From the NCBI GenBank assembly GCA_041739995.1, contig JBGSMV010000068.1, forward strand, positions 1-64,000: DNA of 64,000 nucleotides, written 5' to 3'. A program made the position numbers and the translations under genes. Shown here piece after piece: positions 1 through 8,398 of the stretch. The notes beneath the pieces were generated by a model. The model worked only from the letters and a program-made list of their open reading frames with translations, did not search any database and was not told the DNA's origin. The stretch comes from Bdellovibrionota bacterium (GTDB taxonomy: Bacteria; Bdellovibrionota_C; UBA2361; JBGSMV01). Numbering within the stretch: the first letter of the stretch is position 1; every line of letters begins with the position of its first letter.

Positions 1-119
1 TGATTATCCCTTCATTTCGAATAGAAATCCTTCAGTAGATAGGTGTGTACGACTACCGAGGTTACCCGAGTATCTGTAGTTGTTGAGTGAACTATTCAGT
101 CATTGAGGTCTTGGTGTTT

Positions 120-1292
120 ATGCGCATTATTTCACAGAATATCGTTCGATCTAAATCTCGCAAGATTTTGAAGCGAGCGCTGATTTCCATTCTTTGCGCA
201 GGCGTTTGCTTTGAGCTAGGACGAATCCACTTAGCCTTTGCCTGTGATTTGCATGGCGCGCACGATGGGGAGCACGGCGCTGTAATCGGTGAGGGTGTTT
301 GGCAGGCCGGAGTTTCGGAGCAGTTCTCCTATTACGGGCGCATTCAGCAATCTGGTCATTACGTTTCCAATGAAGCCCAGCAGCACTTGGCCAGTTCCAT
401 TACCCAGATGAACATTGGGTATGGGATAAGTGACCAAGTCAGCATATTTACGCACCTGCCTTATATTTCTCAGCGCTATAGACGCTTGGAAGACGGAAAT
501 GCGGAACGCGGGACTGTGAGTGGCATAGGAGACATGCAGATAATGGCGGTCTACGCCCCGGTAATGCAGCGAGGAGATGACTCGAGCTTCAGTGTGCAAA
601 TCTTTGGTGGGCTGAAACTTCCTACCGGAGACTCGGATGAACTAGGTGAGCAACATCATCATGGAGAGGGGGCCATGAACGAGTTGGAATTAGAGCATTC
701 CGATGATGAAATTCACGAGTCTCACGATGACGATATGCATGATGAGGGCGCTCACCACTCCGCAGCAGCCTCGTTGCAGAGGGGGGGCCGTGAAATAGCG
801 CGCCACGGCGGTGAGTCGCATGATGACTCCGAGTTCCCAGGCGTTCCGTCAGCGATTCACGGACACGATCTGGCGCTTGGCTCCGGGTCTTTTGATGTCC
901 CTGTGGGGGTGAATGTTTATGTGCGCGACGGTATCGGATTCTTCAGAGCTGATGTGATGTACATGATTCGTACTGAAGGTGACCATCAGTACCAGTACGC
1001 AAATGATTTGACCTGGCGCACTGGTCCTGGAGTTTTCTTGTTGAACTCAGAGTCAGAGAGACTCTCTTTCTCAGCGAATTTTTCTGGTGAGTATAAGCGC
1101 GAAGACCAGATCGGTGGAGTAGACGAGGAAGGCAGCTCGATGCGTGCCGCGTTTCTTGGACCGCGTTTAGCCTACGCATCCGGGGATTTACTGGCAGACT
1201 TCGGAGTGGATCTCCCTATCGATATTCAAAACTCAGGCTATCAGGCTGTGGCCCAGTATCGCCTGCGCGGAGCGCTGAGCTATCGCTTCTAG
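120..1292 (+). CDS. Outer-membrane beta-barrel transporter-like protein (MetA-pathway-of-phenol-degradation-like) with His/acidic-rich insertion
   Basis: Signal-like N-terminus, G-x-GD strand motif, LKLPTGD...LGSGSFD loop and C-terminal YRF (BamA signature). ORF is open from 87; ATG at 120 has GAGG upstream. Confidence 0.7.
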   Translation: MRIISQNIVRSKSRKILKRALISILCAGVCFELGRIHLAFACDLHGAHDGEHGAVIGEGVWQAGVSEQFSYYGRIQQSGHYVSNEAQQHLASSITQMNIGYGISDQVSIFTHLPYISQRYRRLEDGNAERGTVSGIGDMQIMAVYAPVMQRGDDSSFSVQIFGGLKLPTGDSDELGEQHHHGEGAMNELELEHSDDEIHESHDDDMHDEGAHHSAAASLQRGGREIARHGGESHDDSEFPGVPSAIHGHDLALGSGSFDVPVGVNVYVRDGIGFFRADVMYMIRTEGDHQYQYANDLTWRTGPGVFLLNSESERLSFSANFSGEYKREDQIGGVDEEGSSMRAAFLGPRLAYASGDLLADFGVDLPIDIQNSGYQAVAQYRLRGALSYRF

Positions 1293-1353
1293 CGCCTCAA
1301 CCATTGGGTAAATTCTAGAAGGAAGGTACTACCTTTTAAGGTCTGTGTGCGAG

Positions 1354-1366
1354 TAAGTCATTGATA
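1354..1366 (-). promoter_or_regulatory. IHF consensus site
   Basis: Reverse complement TATCAATGACTTA matches WATCAANNNNTTR exactly. Confidence 0.45.
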
Positions 1367-1398
1367 TTCTTCAGCCCGAAGTCTCGATCGTCGTTTAA

Positions 1399-1449
1399 TG
1401 ATCTAAATTTGATCTATTTGATGATCGAAATTCGGACCGAATTCGGACC
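1399..1449. repeat. Short direct repeats with 11-bp period (TGATCTA x2; AATTCGGACC x2), integrase arm-site-like
   Basis: TGATCTA at 1399 and 1410; AATTCGGACC at 1429 and 1440. Confidence 0.55.
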
Positions 1450-1800
1450 ATTGCGCGACTACGCACTCCTCTCACATGCGTAGTGCCTCGAAATCACAGC
1501 GTTTGTGAAATCCTCAGAACTGGAAAGGTAGCAGCTTCCTGTACGGAAGCGTGCTGATTTTCAGGAGCAAAAATCCGTTTGGCGGAGACAGGTGAAAGAC
1601 GCGGGGAGGTATTCCCTTCGATCTTTCACAATTTTCATATGGTAGTTCGGAGAGGAATCCTTCTTGAGGGTAAGGGTTCGGGTGCGAGTTTTTTCAGCGC
1701 GTGCGCGCTGAGCTTGTCACCTAGAGGTTCCCTCTATTCAGTGCATCGTTGTGCGGAATTATCCGCATGACATTCCCGCTAAGCGGGAGGAGTTTTTCCA

Positions 1801-2553
1801 ATGAAGAACGTCAACATGATTCGTTCGGCGATCGTCCTCAGTGTCCTCGCTGCCCTCCTCGGAGGTTGCTCCGGCGGCGGAGGGTTTGATCAGGTTCGTT
1901 CGACCTTCGGTGACTCGGGCGCCAGCGCCCGGGTGCAGCTGCGGGAAGCCGCAGTGGCGAAGTACGAACCCACGGCACTCTTGGCCGCGGCCCACAACGA
2001 GGGCCAGGCCAAGGTCGATGTCAACGCTCGACGCGAGATCCAGCCTTGGTGGCTTGAGGAGTACAATGGTGTCTCGATCAAGACCATCGACGGCGTGGCT
2101 TTGTCTTCGACTGTGTCGAAGTACAAGGATCTGGCGAAGAACCGGCCGGCGGCTGGTACGGACGCGGAACAGCTGTGGCTCGAGGCCATGGCAGGCCATG
2201 TGGCCATGTTCCGCGCTCAGGCAGACTCGCTCGAAGTGATCGCTGATCACTACGAGCAGAACGGCACTGCTGCCGCGATGAGCGAGCAGCAGTTGGCCAC
2301 CGCCATTTCCCAGATTCGGGAACGGGCGGAGGCCATTCGTGCCTATGAAGTGAGCTTCCAGACGGCGCCGGTGACGGCGTCCCTGGAACCCGGCAATGCT
2401 CGGACGGTTGTTGCAACGCGGAATGACTCAAGCAACAGCCCGAGCATTTCGCAGCGCGATGTGCGCGACGGCAGTCGTGCAGTCTCGGCGGCTACGAGTG
2501 GCAACCTGGTTCAGGCTGCCACCACTGGCGCGCGAGTTGTGTTCCCCAACTGA
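1801..2553 (+). CDS. Hypothetical lipoprotein
   Basis: GGAGGAG RBS, hydrophobic signal ending in lipobox LGGC, GC-rich codon usage, followed by a terminator. Confidence 0.75.
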   Translation: MKNVNMIRSAIVLSVLAALLGGCSGGGGFDQVRSTFGDSGASARVQLREAAVAKYEPTALLAAAHNEGQAKVDVNARREIQPWWLEEYNGVSIKTIDGVALSSTVSKYKDLAKNRPAAGTDAEQLWLEAMAGHVAMFRAQADSLEVIADHYEQNGTAAAMSEQQLATAISQIRERAEAIRAYEVSFQTAPVTASLEPGNARTVVATRNDSSNSPSISQRDVRDGSRAVSAATSGNLVQAATTGARVVFPN

Positions 2554-2655
2554 CGTTGGGTGAGGAGGTTCTGTTCTGGCCTCCAATGAATGGGCTGCCG
2601 ATGAAATACTCGGCTGCCCGTTTTAGCAAAGGGAGAAAGCTCCTGATGCACTGAA

Positions 2656-2688
2656 GGCCACGTGTTTCCATGAAGCACGTGGTCTTTT
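2656..2688 (+). terminator. Rho-independent terminator
   Basis: GGCCACGTGTTTC-cat-GAAGCACGTGGTC stem followed by TTTT, downstream of the lipoprotein gene. Confidence 0.65.
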
Positions 2689-2905
2689 ATATGACCTAGC
2701 GGTTTGAGGGCAAAACATGGGGGAGCGGCGCGAAGTGACATGACAATCGTCAAGTTGCTCGCGCCGCCCCCATTACGGTCCTCTCACGAAGGTTCACCCT
2801 TCTTGAAGTTCCTCTCCGACTGCCTACCTTTTTCCGGCCCAACTTCTAACTTCGGAACTCACACACCAATCAGATTCAAAACTTCCAAGTGCAAAACATT
2901 AGGCA

Positions 2906-2958
2906 CAAAAAAACGCCCTGGGTCATGGCCCAATGAGGAGACACAACCACAGGACGTT
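2906..2958 (-). terminator. Rho-independent terminator with large CU-rich loop
   Basis: On the minus strand AACGUCCUGUGGU pairs with ACCCAGGGCGUU and is followed by a U-run, downstream of 3015..3410. Confidence 0.6.
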
Positions 2959-3014
2959 AAGTTGTCTTGGTACAGCGCGCTCACACACGTGATGGCGCTG
3001 CGCCGTCAAACAGT

Positions 3015-3410
3015 TCAGTGCGGTACAGCCTGAAGAGTCTTGGCTTGGTCAACAGCCTGATTGGCCTGCTTGATAGCGGTAGAGGCCTGATCAAGGGCGC
3101 TCTTCTGCGCTGTTTCAGCAGACTTTAGCGAAGAGATTTTTGCAAACTCAGCATTTGCCTTGGACTCATTCATGCTGGTGTTCTTTGCGAACTCAGACTT
3201 GTTTTGCTCATTCAGGAAACAATAGGTGTTCTTGCTTGCAGGGTCGGTCCAAGTTACTGAGCAATCAGTGGGAACAACTTTCCCCATGGTGAGACCATAA
3301 GCGCAATTCCCTTCGAACATGCCCTTCGCGGGAGGAGTCGCAGCGAATGCAGAGGCAGAAAAAACAACTAGTGAAGCAAGCGCTGCGGCGAAAAACAATC
3401 CATTTCTCAT
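3015..3410 (-). CDS. Secreted YHS-domain-like protein
   Basis: Signal peptide (AFA cleavage); GNCAYGL...CSVTW...YCFLNEQNKSEF resembles the YHS pattern; ATG at 3410 has AGGA upstream (ORF open to 3521). Confidence 0.6.
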   Translation of the reverse strand: MRNGLFFAAALASLVVFSASAFAATPPAKGMFEGNCAYGLTMGKVVPTDCSVTWTDPASKNTYCFLNEQNKSEFAKNTSMNESKANAEFAKISSLKSAETAQKSALDQASTAIKQANQAVDQAKTLQAVPH

Positions 3411-3675
3411 ATAGAATCCTGTCAATTTAGTCCTCAAAAACGATCTTAGGCGAAGCCTAAAATCATATGCCACTGTTTTTGTTTGGCGCGGGAAGTATAG
3501 AGCGAAATCGGCATTCCGCAAGCTTTATGCTTAGGAGCGAGCTAGACGCCCCAGGTGCCTGGAACTAAATGAAAATAGCCGTGAAAGCTCATACTGAGCG
3601 CCAGTTCGAATGTTGGTCGCATCTAAAGGATAGCTGGCTCAATGGAGGGTTCCGGCGGTAGGGAGGCTTGAGGTT

Positions 3676-4128
3676 ATGTTCAGATTTCCGGGAAGACGCC
3701 TTAGAATGGATTCGATTAAGAGCTTGCGTTGGGAACTGACGCGAGTTGAATACACCCGCCTTGGCGGTGAGCCAGTACTTTGCGCCATGGGAAAAGTGCT
3801 CTCCGCCCCGTTTCAAGGCTCACCAATGCGGGTATTCTTCGTTCCGCGTGAGAATGACACCATTTCGACTCCTGGCTATATCCGCTGCTTAAAGAGCAAC
3901 GTAGGCGTTTCTCTTCCTAATATCGTGGTACTTAGCGGCAGACCTGAATTTCTCACCGAGCTTGAACCAATTCTGGACAGCGTTCCCTCTGAGCGAGTGG
4001 TGCTCGATTTCTCGGTGAAAGGCAGACGACGAAGGTCTGGCGATGCGGTGCTCGAAGTAATCGATGTTGCTGTGCACGCATCGCTTTCTTCCCGAGACTT
4101 TGGTTTAGCGGAAGAAGAGCTGCATTAG
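3676..4128 (+). CDS. Hypothetical protein
   Basis: 150-aa ORF with GAGG RBS filling the gap between genes; no motif recognised. Confidence 0.5.
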   Translation: MFRFPGRRLRMDSIKSLRWELTRVEYTRLGGEPVLCAMGKVLSAPFQGSPMRVFFVPRENDTISTPGYIRCLKSNVGVSLPNIVVLSGRPEFLTELEPILDSVPSERVVLDFSVKGRRRRSGDAVLEVIDVAVHASLSSRDFGLAEEELH

Positions 4129-4157
4129 CGGCATCTCAGAAGGATATGTCTTAGGGC

Positions 4158-5705
4158 TTAAGCAAGGTGTCGCGCCTGGCGTTCTCCCGAGCTACGGTCG
4201 ACAGTGCGCTTGACCGAAAGGCGACTACGTAGCTCCGGATTGTTTCGCTCAAAGTTCGAAATGAATTGCGGCTTGTCCGCCCGCCCCAATCTAAAGAAAT
4301 CATTAGAGAGCGACTCAAGGATTTTTTCCTCAGTCATGGAGCTCTTTTCTTTGAGAAACTTGAAGAGGTAGCTGGCCAGGTTTTTAAGGCTGTGCCCGCT
4401 AGAAGCAGGTGACAGCGCATGCAACCACTCGCTAAAGGCAAACACCGCATGAAAGGGGCTAGGATCGTGAGTCTCCGCCCAAAGCAGAGGAGTGGTTTCT
4501 ACAAAGTTGCCGCTATTGCCAATTTGATCCCAAGTTCTCGCAAAACGCCGCAGGCCCTGCATTTCAGAAAAAGAAATAAGCTTCGTTTGCAGCACCTCGT
4601 ATGGGGCCTCACCGCTATACACCATGCCCCAAGTTTCGGTGTGTCGAGCAATCGGAGTGCCTCTTAGGCGCTTGAGGATCCCGGCTTGAATCTCCTGAGG
4701 AGCGAGCATGACCAGTCGGTCGAATCCGAGAGCAAAAGACTCGACGCTCTCCCCTGGAAGTCCTGCAATAAGGTCTGCGTGAATATGAACGCCAGTTTCT
4801 TGTCTCAGAAAGCGGATATTATCTTCAAGTGCTGCATAGTTTTGACGACGAGAAATCAGTGCGGCGACTTCCACATTAAATGTCTGAATGCCTACTTCGA
4901 ACTGCAGTGTTCCGGCGGGAAACTGCCGAATCAGATCCTTTAGTCCCGCGGGTAGCCTGTCGGGCACCATTTCAAAATGAACAAAGAGCCCAGGTCGCAT
5001 GCGTTCTAAAAAGAAGCTCAGTATCTGACTACTGATTCGTAAGTTTAAGTTAAAGGTGCGATCGACAAATTTGAATTGCTGCACGCCGCGATCCAGCAGG
5101 CCTTGCATTTCCGTAAGAAAACCCTCGACTGGAAATTGTCGTACCGGAATTTCCAAAGACGAAAGGCAAAACTCGCAGGTGAATGGACACCCTCTTGAGG
5201 CCTCTACATAGATGACTCTTTGTCGTGCATCAGTGTCTGAGTACAAATGGTAGGGCAGGGCAAGTGACTCTGCTTTGGGGATCTCTGCGGGAATGTGTTT
5301 TTCAGACGGAGGAGCCCCTTCAAGTAATTGTTCGCACAGAATTCTAAAAGCGTGGTCGGCTTCACCGGAAATCACATAGTCGGCGCAAGCTACAATTTCT
5401 TGCTGCTCAATCTCATGGCTGACCTCAGGCCCACCAATAACAACGGTGATTTCGGGGGCGAGCACTTTTAGGGCGCGTACGACCGCCAATGATTCGCGCG
5501 TGTTCCAGATATAGACTCCGATGCCGATAATCTTTGGGTTTTCGCGAAGAAGGGCTTCGGCAATATCTAGAGTCCTGTCGTTGATAACAAATTCTTGGAT
5601 CACGGCACGGCAGGAGAGCGAGCCGAGGTTGGCGTGTAGATAGCGTAATCCAAAGGCGCAATGAGTGTAGCGAGCGTTTAGTGTGGTGAGGACGATGTCA
5701 GTCAC
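4158..5705 (-). CDS. B12-binding radical SAM protein (DUF4080-type C-terminus)
   Basis: N-terminal B12-binding region (YIWN, GGPEVS), SRGCPFTCEFC CxxxCxxC motif, FVDRTFN, HADLIAGLPGE. Confidence 0.9.
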   Translation of the reverse strand: MTDIVLTTLNARYTHCAFGLRYLHANLGSLSCRAVIQEFVINDRTLDIAEALLRENPKIIGIGVYIWNTRESLAVVRALKVLAPEITVVIGGPEVSHEIEQQEIVACADYVISGEADHAFRILCEQLLEGAPPSEKHIPAEIPKAESLALPYHLYSDTDARQRVIYVEASRGCPFTCEFCLSSLEIPVRQFPVEGFLTEMQGLLDRGVQQFKFVDRTFNLNLRISSQILSFFLERMRPGLFVHFEMVPDRLPAGLKDLIRQFPAGTLQFEVGIQTFNVEVAALISRRQNYAALEDNIRFLRQETGVHIHADLIAGLPGESVESFALGFDRLVMLAPQEIQAGILKRLRGTPIARHTETWGMVYSGEAPYEVLQTKLISFSEMQGLRRFARTWDQIGNSGNFVETTPLLWAETHDPSPFHAVFAFSEWLHALSPASSGHSLKNLASYLFKFLKEKSSMTEEKILESLSNDFFRLGRADKPQFISNFERNNPELRSRLSVKRTVDRSSGERQARHLA

Positions 5706-5732
5706 GAAGACGTTCTCGCTAACCAGTTCTCG

Positions 5733-6947
5733 CTAACCAAGAGTCGGCGTTCCTTGCTCAGATCGTCGGGCCAAATCCACAGTAATATTCTTCTGGTGCG
5801 CCTCTAAAGTGCCGCCACCGATCTCAAGCAGTTTGGCGTCTCTCCATAGACGTTCGACTATGTACTCGCCCACGTATCCAAAACCGCCCAACACTTGGAT
5901 GGCACGATCGGCAACGTGTTTTGCCATTGGGGTTGCGAGAAGCTTCACCGCATCAGAGTCAAGGCGCGAGCCGCCTTTATGTAAATCCATGCGTCTGGCT
6001 ACGTCATACACGAACGCTCGGGCAGATTGGTATTCTGCGTAGCTCTCCGCGATGTGGCGTTGAATCTGACCAAAGTGGTTAATAGGTTTGCCAAAGGCAT
6101 GACGATCGCAAGAGTAGCGTACCATGATTTCAAGCGCGCGCCGTGCAATGCCAAGGCTCATGGCGGCGAGTGATACCCGTTCGAGTTCGAGGTTGCGCAT
6201 CATGTGATGCAGAGAAGCACCTTCGTCTCCTACCAAATTGCTGCGCGGTACTTCGGTCTGATCAAAAAGGAGCTCTGCGGTATTGGAAGCGCGCATGCCT
6301 GTTTTATCGTGAATCTTCTGTCCGACCTTAAAGCCTTTAAAGCCTTTTTCGATAATGAAAGTAGAAACACGTGCGCGATGTTCCGTGCCGCCGGTGCGAG
6401 CATAAAGCCACAGAACGTCACAGGCAGTTCCTTTGTCGTCGATGGTGCCGTTGGTAATCCAGAGTTTGCGACCGTTGATAACGAATCTTTCGCCACGTTG
6501 CTCGGCAGTGGTGCGCATGCCGAGCACGTCGGTTCCCACCGCGGGTTCGGACATTCCCATCGCTCCGATCCACTCGCCGTTGCAGAGTTTTGGAAGGTAG
6601 CGACGTTTTTGATCGCTAGAACCGTTTACTGAGATGTTGTTCACGCACAGGATCGCGTGTGCGAGATATGCGAGACAAAAACCTGGATCAGAGGCAGAGA
6701 TCTCTTCATGGGTGATGACTGCGGCAAGTGCATCCATGCCACTCCCACCGAACTCGTCGGGGGCGGTGAGGCCAAGCAGACCAAGCGGTCCTAATTTACG
6801 GAAGAGGTCGACGTTGAAACGCTCCTGGCGATCATACTCAAGGGCTTGAGGCTCTACGTGATCGCGCACGAAAGAACGCACCGTGTCTCGAAGCAGACGG
6901 TGTTCATCGGTGGGGTTAAAAAGGTCAAACTCTGAGAAGTGATTCAT
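5733..6947 (-). CDS. Acyl-CoA dehydrogenase (isovaleryl-CoA dehydrogenase-like)
   Basis: MSEPAVGTD, NGRKLWITNG, GMRASNTAELLF, RLWRDAKLLEIGGGT motifs. Confidence 0.9.
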   Translation of the reverse strand: MNHFSEFDLFNPTDEHRLLRDTVRSFVRDHVEPQALEYDRQERFNVDLFRKLGPLGLLGLTAPDEFGGSGMDALAAVITHEEISASDPGFCLAYLAHAILCVNNISVNGSSDQKRRYLPKLCNGEWIGAMGMSEPAVGTDVLGMRTTAEQRGERFVINGRKLWITNGTIDDKGTACDVLWLYARTGGTEHRARVSTFIIEKGFKGFKVGQKIHDKTGMRASNTAELLFDQTEVPRSNLVGDEGASLHHMMRNLELERVSLAAMSLGIARRALEIMVRYSCDRHAFGKPINHFGQIQRHIAESYAEYQSARAFVYDVARRMDLHKGGSRLDSDAVKLLATPMAKHVADRAIQVLGGFGYVGEYIVERLWRDAKLLEIGGGTLEAHQKNITVDLARRSEQGTPTLG

Positions 6948-6984
6948 CGCAAGTTGCTTTTATAGGGATTTTACCTGCGCATGG

Positions 6985-7039
6985 CTAGTGTAGCGATTCT
7001 AAAACTTTTTTTTACAACGCGGTAGAATCGCTACACTAT
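6985..7039. mobile_element. Mini inverted-repeat element (IS630-end-like)
   Basis: Perfect 16-bp IR TAGTGTAGCGATTCTA (6986-7001) / TAGAATCGCTACACTA (7023-7038). Confidence 0.55.
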
Positions 7040-7180
7040 TCTGCCCATGGATGGGCGGAATAGCTGCGGGAACAGCTGGAGCGACGCGAAACGTGGGGTT
7101 ACAGGGCCCGGCGCTGAGCTTGGAGCTCGTCAGGTCAGTCCAAGAATGGACGGACCTGACGAGATAGAATGGGGCTAGTG
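7035..7180. repeat. Structured intergenic repeat core, copy A
   Basis: Shares GGATGG-CGGA, GCTGGAGCGACGCG, TGGGGTT, AGCTTGGAGC and terminal CTAGTG with 12583-12722; perfect 11-bp stem 7126-7136/7153-7163. Confidence 0.65.
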
Positions 7181-7233
7181 TTTCGTCGCACCCAGCTTGG
7201 CGCTGTGTAGGAATTCATGAGACGGAACACGAG
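7175..7233. mobile_element. Mini inverted-repeat element (IS630-end-like)
   Basis: IR 13/16: CTAGTGTTTCGTCGCA vs reverse complement CTCGTGTTCCGTCTCA; right end reads I-H-E-T-E-H. Confidence 0.5.
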
Positions 7234-7377
7234 TGATCAAGGGCATTCAAGTCCTCGAATCTGATAGGAATTACCATTTGGGTAGTGAAATGGTTGATCT
7301 AGTGGGTCAGTTGGGAGCTTCCTTAGATGTTCACGAGGCGCATTTGAGAAGCGGTCTCTTTAGGGTAGTATGAGGGT

Positions 7378-8202
7378 ATGGCAATTCATCTCCGCAATCG
7401 TGAGGTCTTTGAAAGGTTTTCTAGGATAAAGGAGGATGAGCTTCCCTTATTTGAGGCTGCCATATTGATAGCCCAAGAGGAGTTCCCGGAAGTCACGGTA
7501 GAAGGCGCCCACAAGTCAATTGCCGAGCTTGCAGCTCAGATTAGGCCCCGGCTGCATGGCGACCTTTCGGAGCGCTATGCTGCTTTTGGAGCCGAGCTGT
7601 TTGGGTCTCTGGGTTTCGTTGGAAACAGAGACGACTACTACGATCCCCTAAACAGCTATCTGCCTTCGGTCTTAGAACGGAAGACTGGTATCCCTCTAAC
7701 CCTCGCCTTGGTGATGATCGAGTGTGGTCGGGAGTTAGGGCTTCCGCTCGTCGGTGTAGGATTTCCTGGGCACTATTTGCTGCGTCACGATGGAGTCGAG
7801 GAAATTCTCATTGATCCGTTCTCGGGCACTCTCGTTGATCGTGGTCGACTCATAAAACAACTTAACGAGCCAGGGATTGATGATGAGTCAATCCGCCCGC
7901 TGCTGAAGAGTACGGGGAAGCGAAAGTCATTGCTGCGACTGGTTTCAAACCTAAAGCATGCCTACATGCTGAGAAACGATTTTGAGCGAGCGCTCAGAAC
8001 CTGTGAAATCTCACTTATGCTTAATCCAGCCCACGCTGCTTCTTATCGCGATCGCGGATTAGTGTACGAGAAACTGGAGCTGTTTCATCGCGCCGAGCAA
8101 GATCTTGCCACTTACCTTGAGCTCTCGCCGAACGACAACTATGCACCGGCGGTTGCCGAGCACTTATTGGCTCTGAGAAATCGGGTGGCGCTCTTCCACT
8201 AG
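7378..8202 (+). CDS. SirB1 family transglutaminase-like protein with C-terminal TPR
   Basis: GFVGNRDDYYDPLNSYL..VL.RKTGIPLTL, VGFPGHYLLR, IDPF, TPR RDRGLVY. Confidence 0.9.
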   Translation: MAIHLRNREVFERFSRIKEDELPLFEAAILIAQEEFPEVTVEGAHKSIAELAAQIRPRLHGDLSERYAAFGAELFGSLGFVGNRDDYYDPLNSYLPSVLERKTGIPLTLALVMIECGRELGLPLVGVGFPGHYLLRHDGVEEILIDPFSGTLVDRGRLIKQLNEPGIDDESIRPLLKSTGKRKSLLRLVSNLKHAYMLRNDFERALRTCEISLMLNPAHAASYRDRGLVYEKLELFHRAEQDLATYLELSPNDNYAPAVAEHLLALRNRVALFH

Positions 8203-8384
8203 GAGTCTGTGACACTGGCACAGACGACGACGTCCCGCCGACTTGTCCCCCGAAGCTTGCTTGTCCTCCGCAGCCGTGGCGAAGGAGAGAGCGAAGGGGG
8301 AAGCCTCCTCGAATTAAGTAGTAGCACCGGAGCACGCGAGCGAAGGCGGAGCCTCAAAAGCAGGACTGTGTCTGAGATTCCTAG
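8199..8384. mobile_element. MITE-like element bounded by CTAG with nested REP-like palindrome
   Basis: CTAGGAGTCTGTGACAC vs reverse complement of right end CTAGGAATCTCAGACAC (14/17); left CTAG overlaps the SirB1 stop codon. Confidence 0.6.
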
Positions 8385-8398
8385 GATCTATTTCTGTT

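Noticed and set aside
1575..1660. tRNA gene on the minus strand
   Set aside because: Only about 10 nt resemble a CCA end; there is no T-loop (TTCGA) at the expected position and no cloverleaf.
1759..2431. Several overlapping alternative ORFs across the lipoprotein gene
   Set aside because: Expected in GC-rich coding DNA; they lack RBS or motif support compared with 1801..2553.
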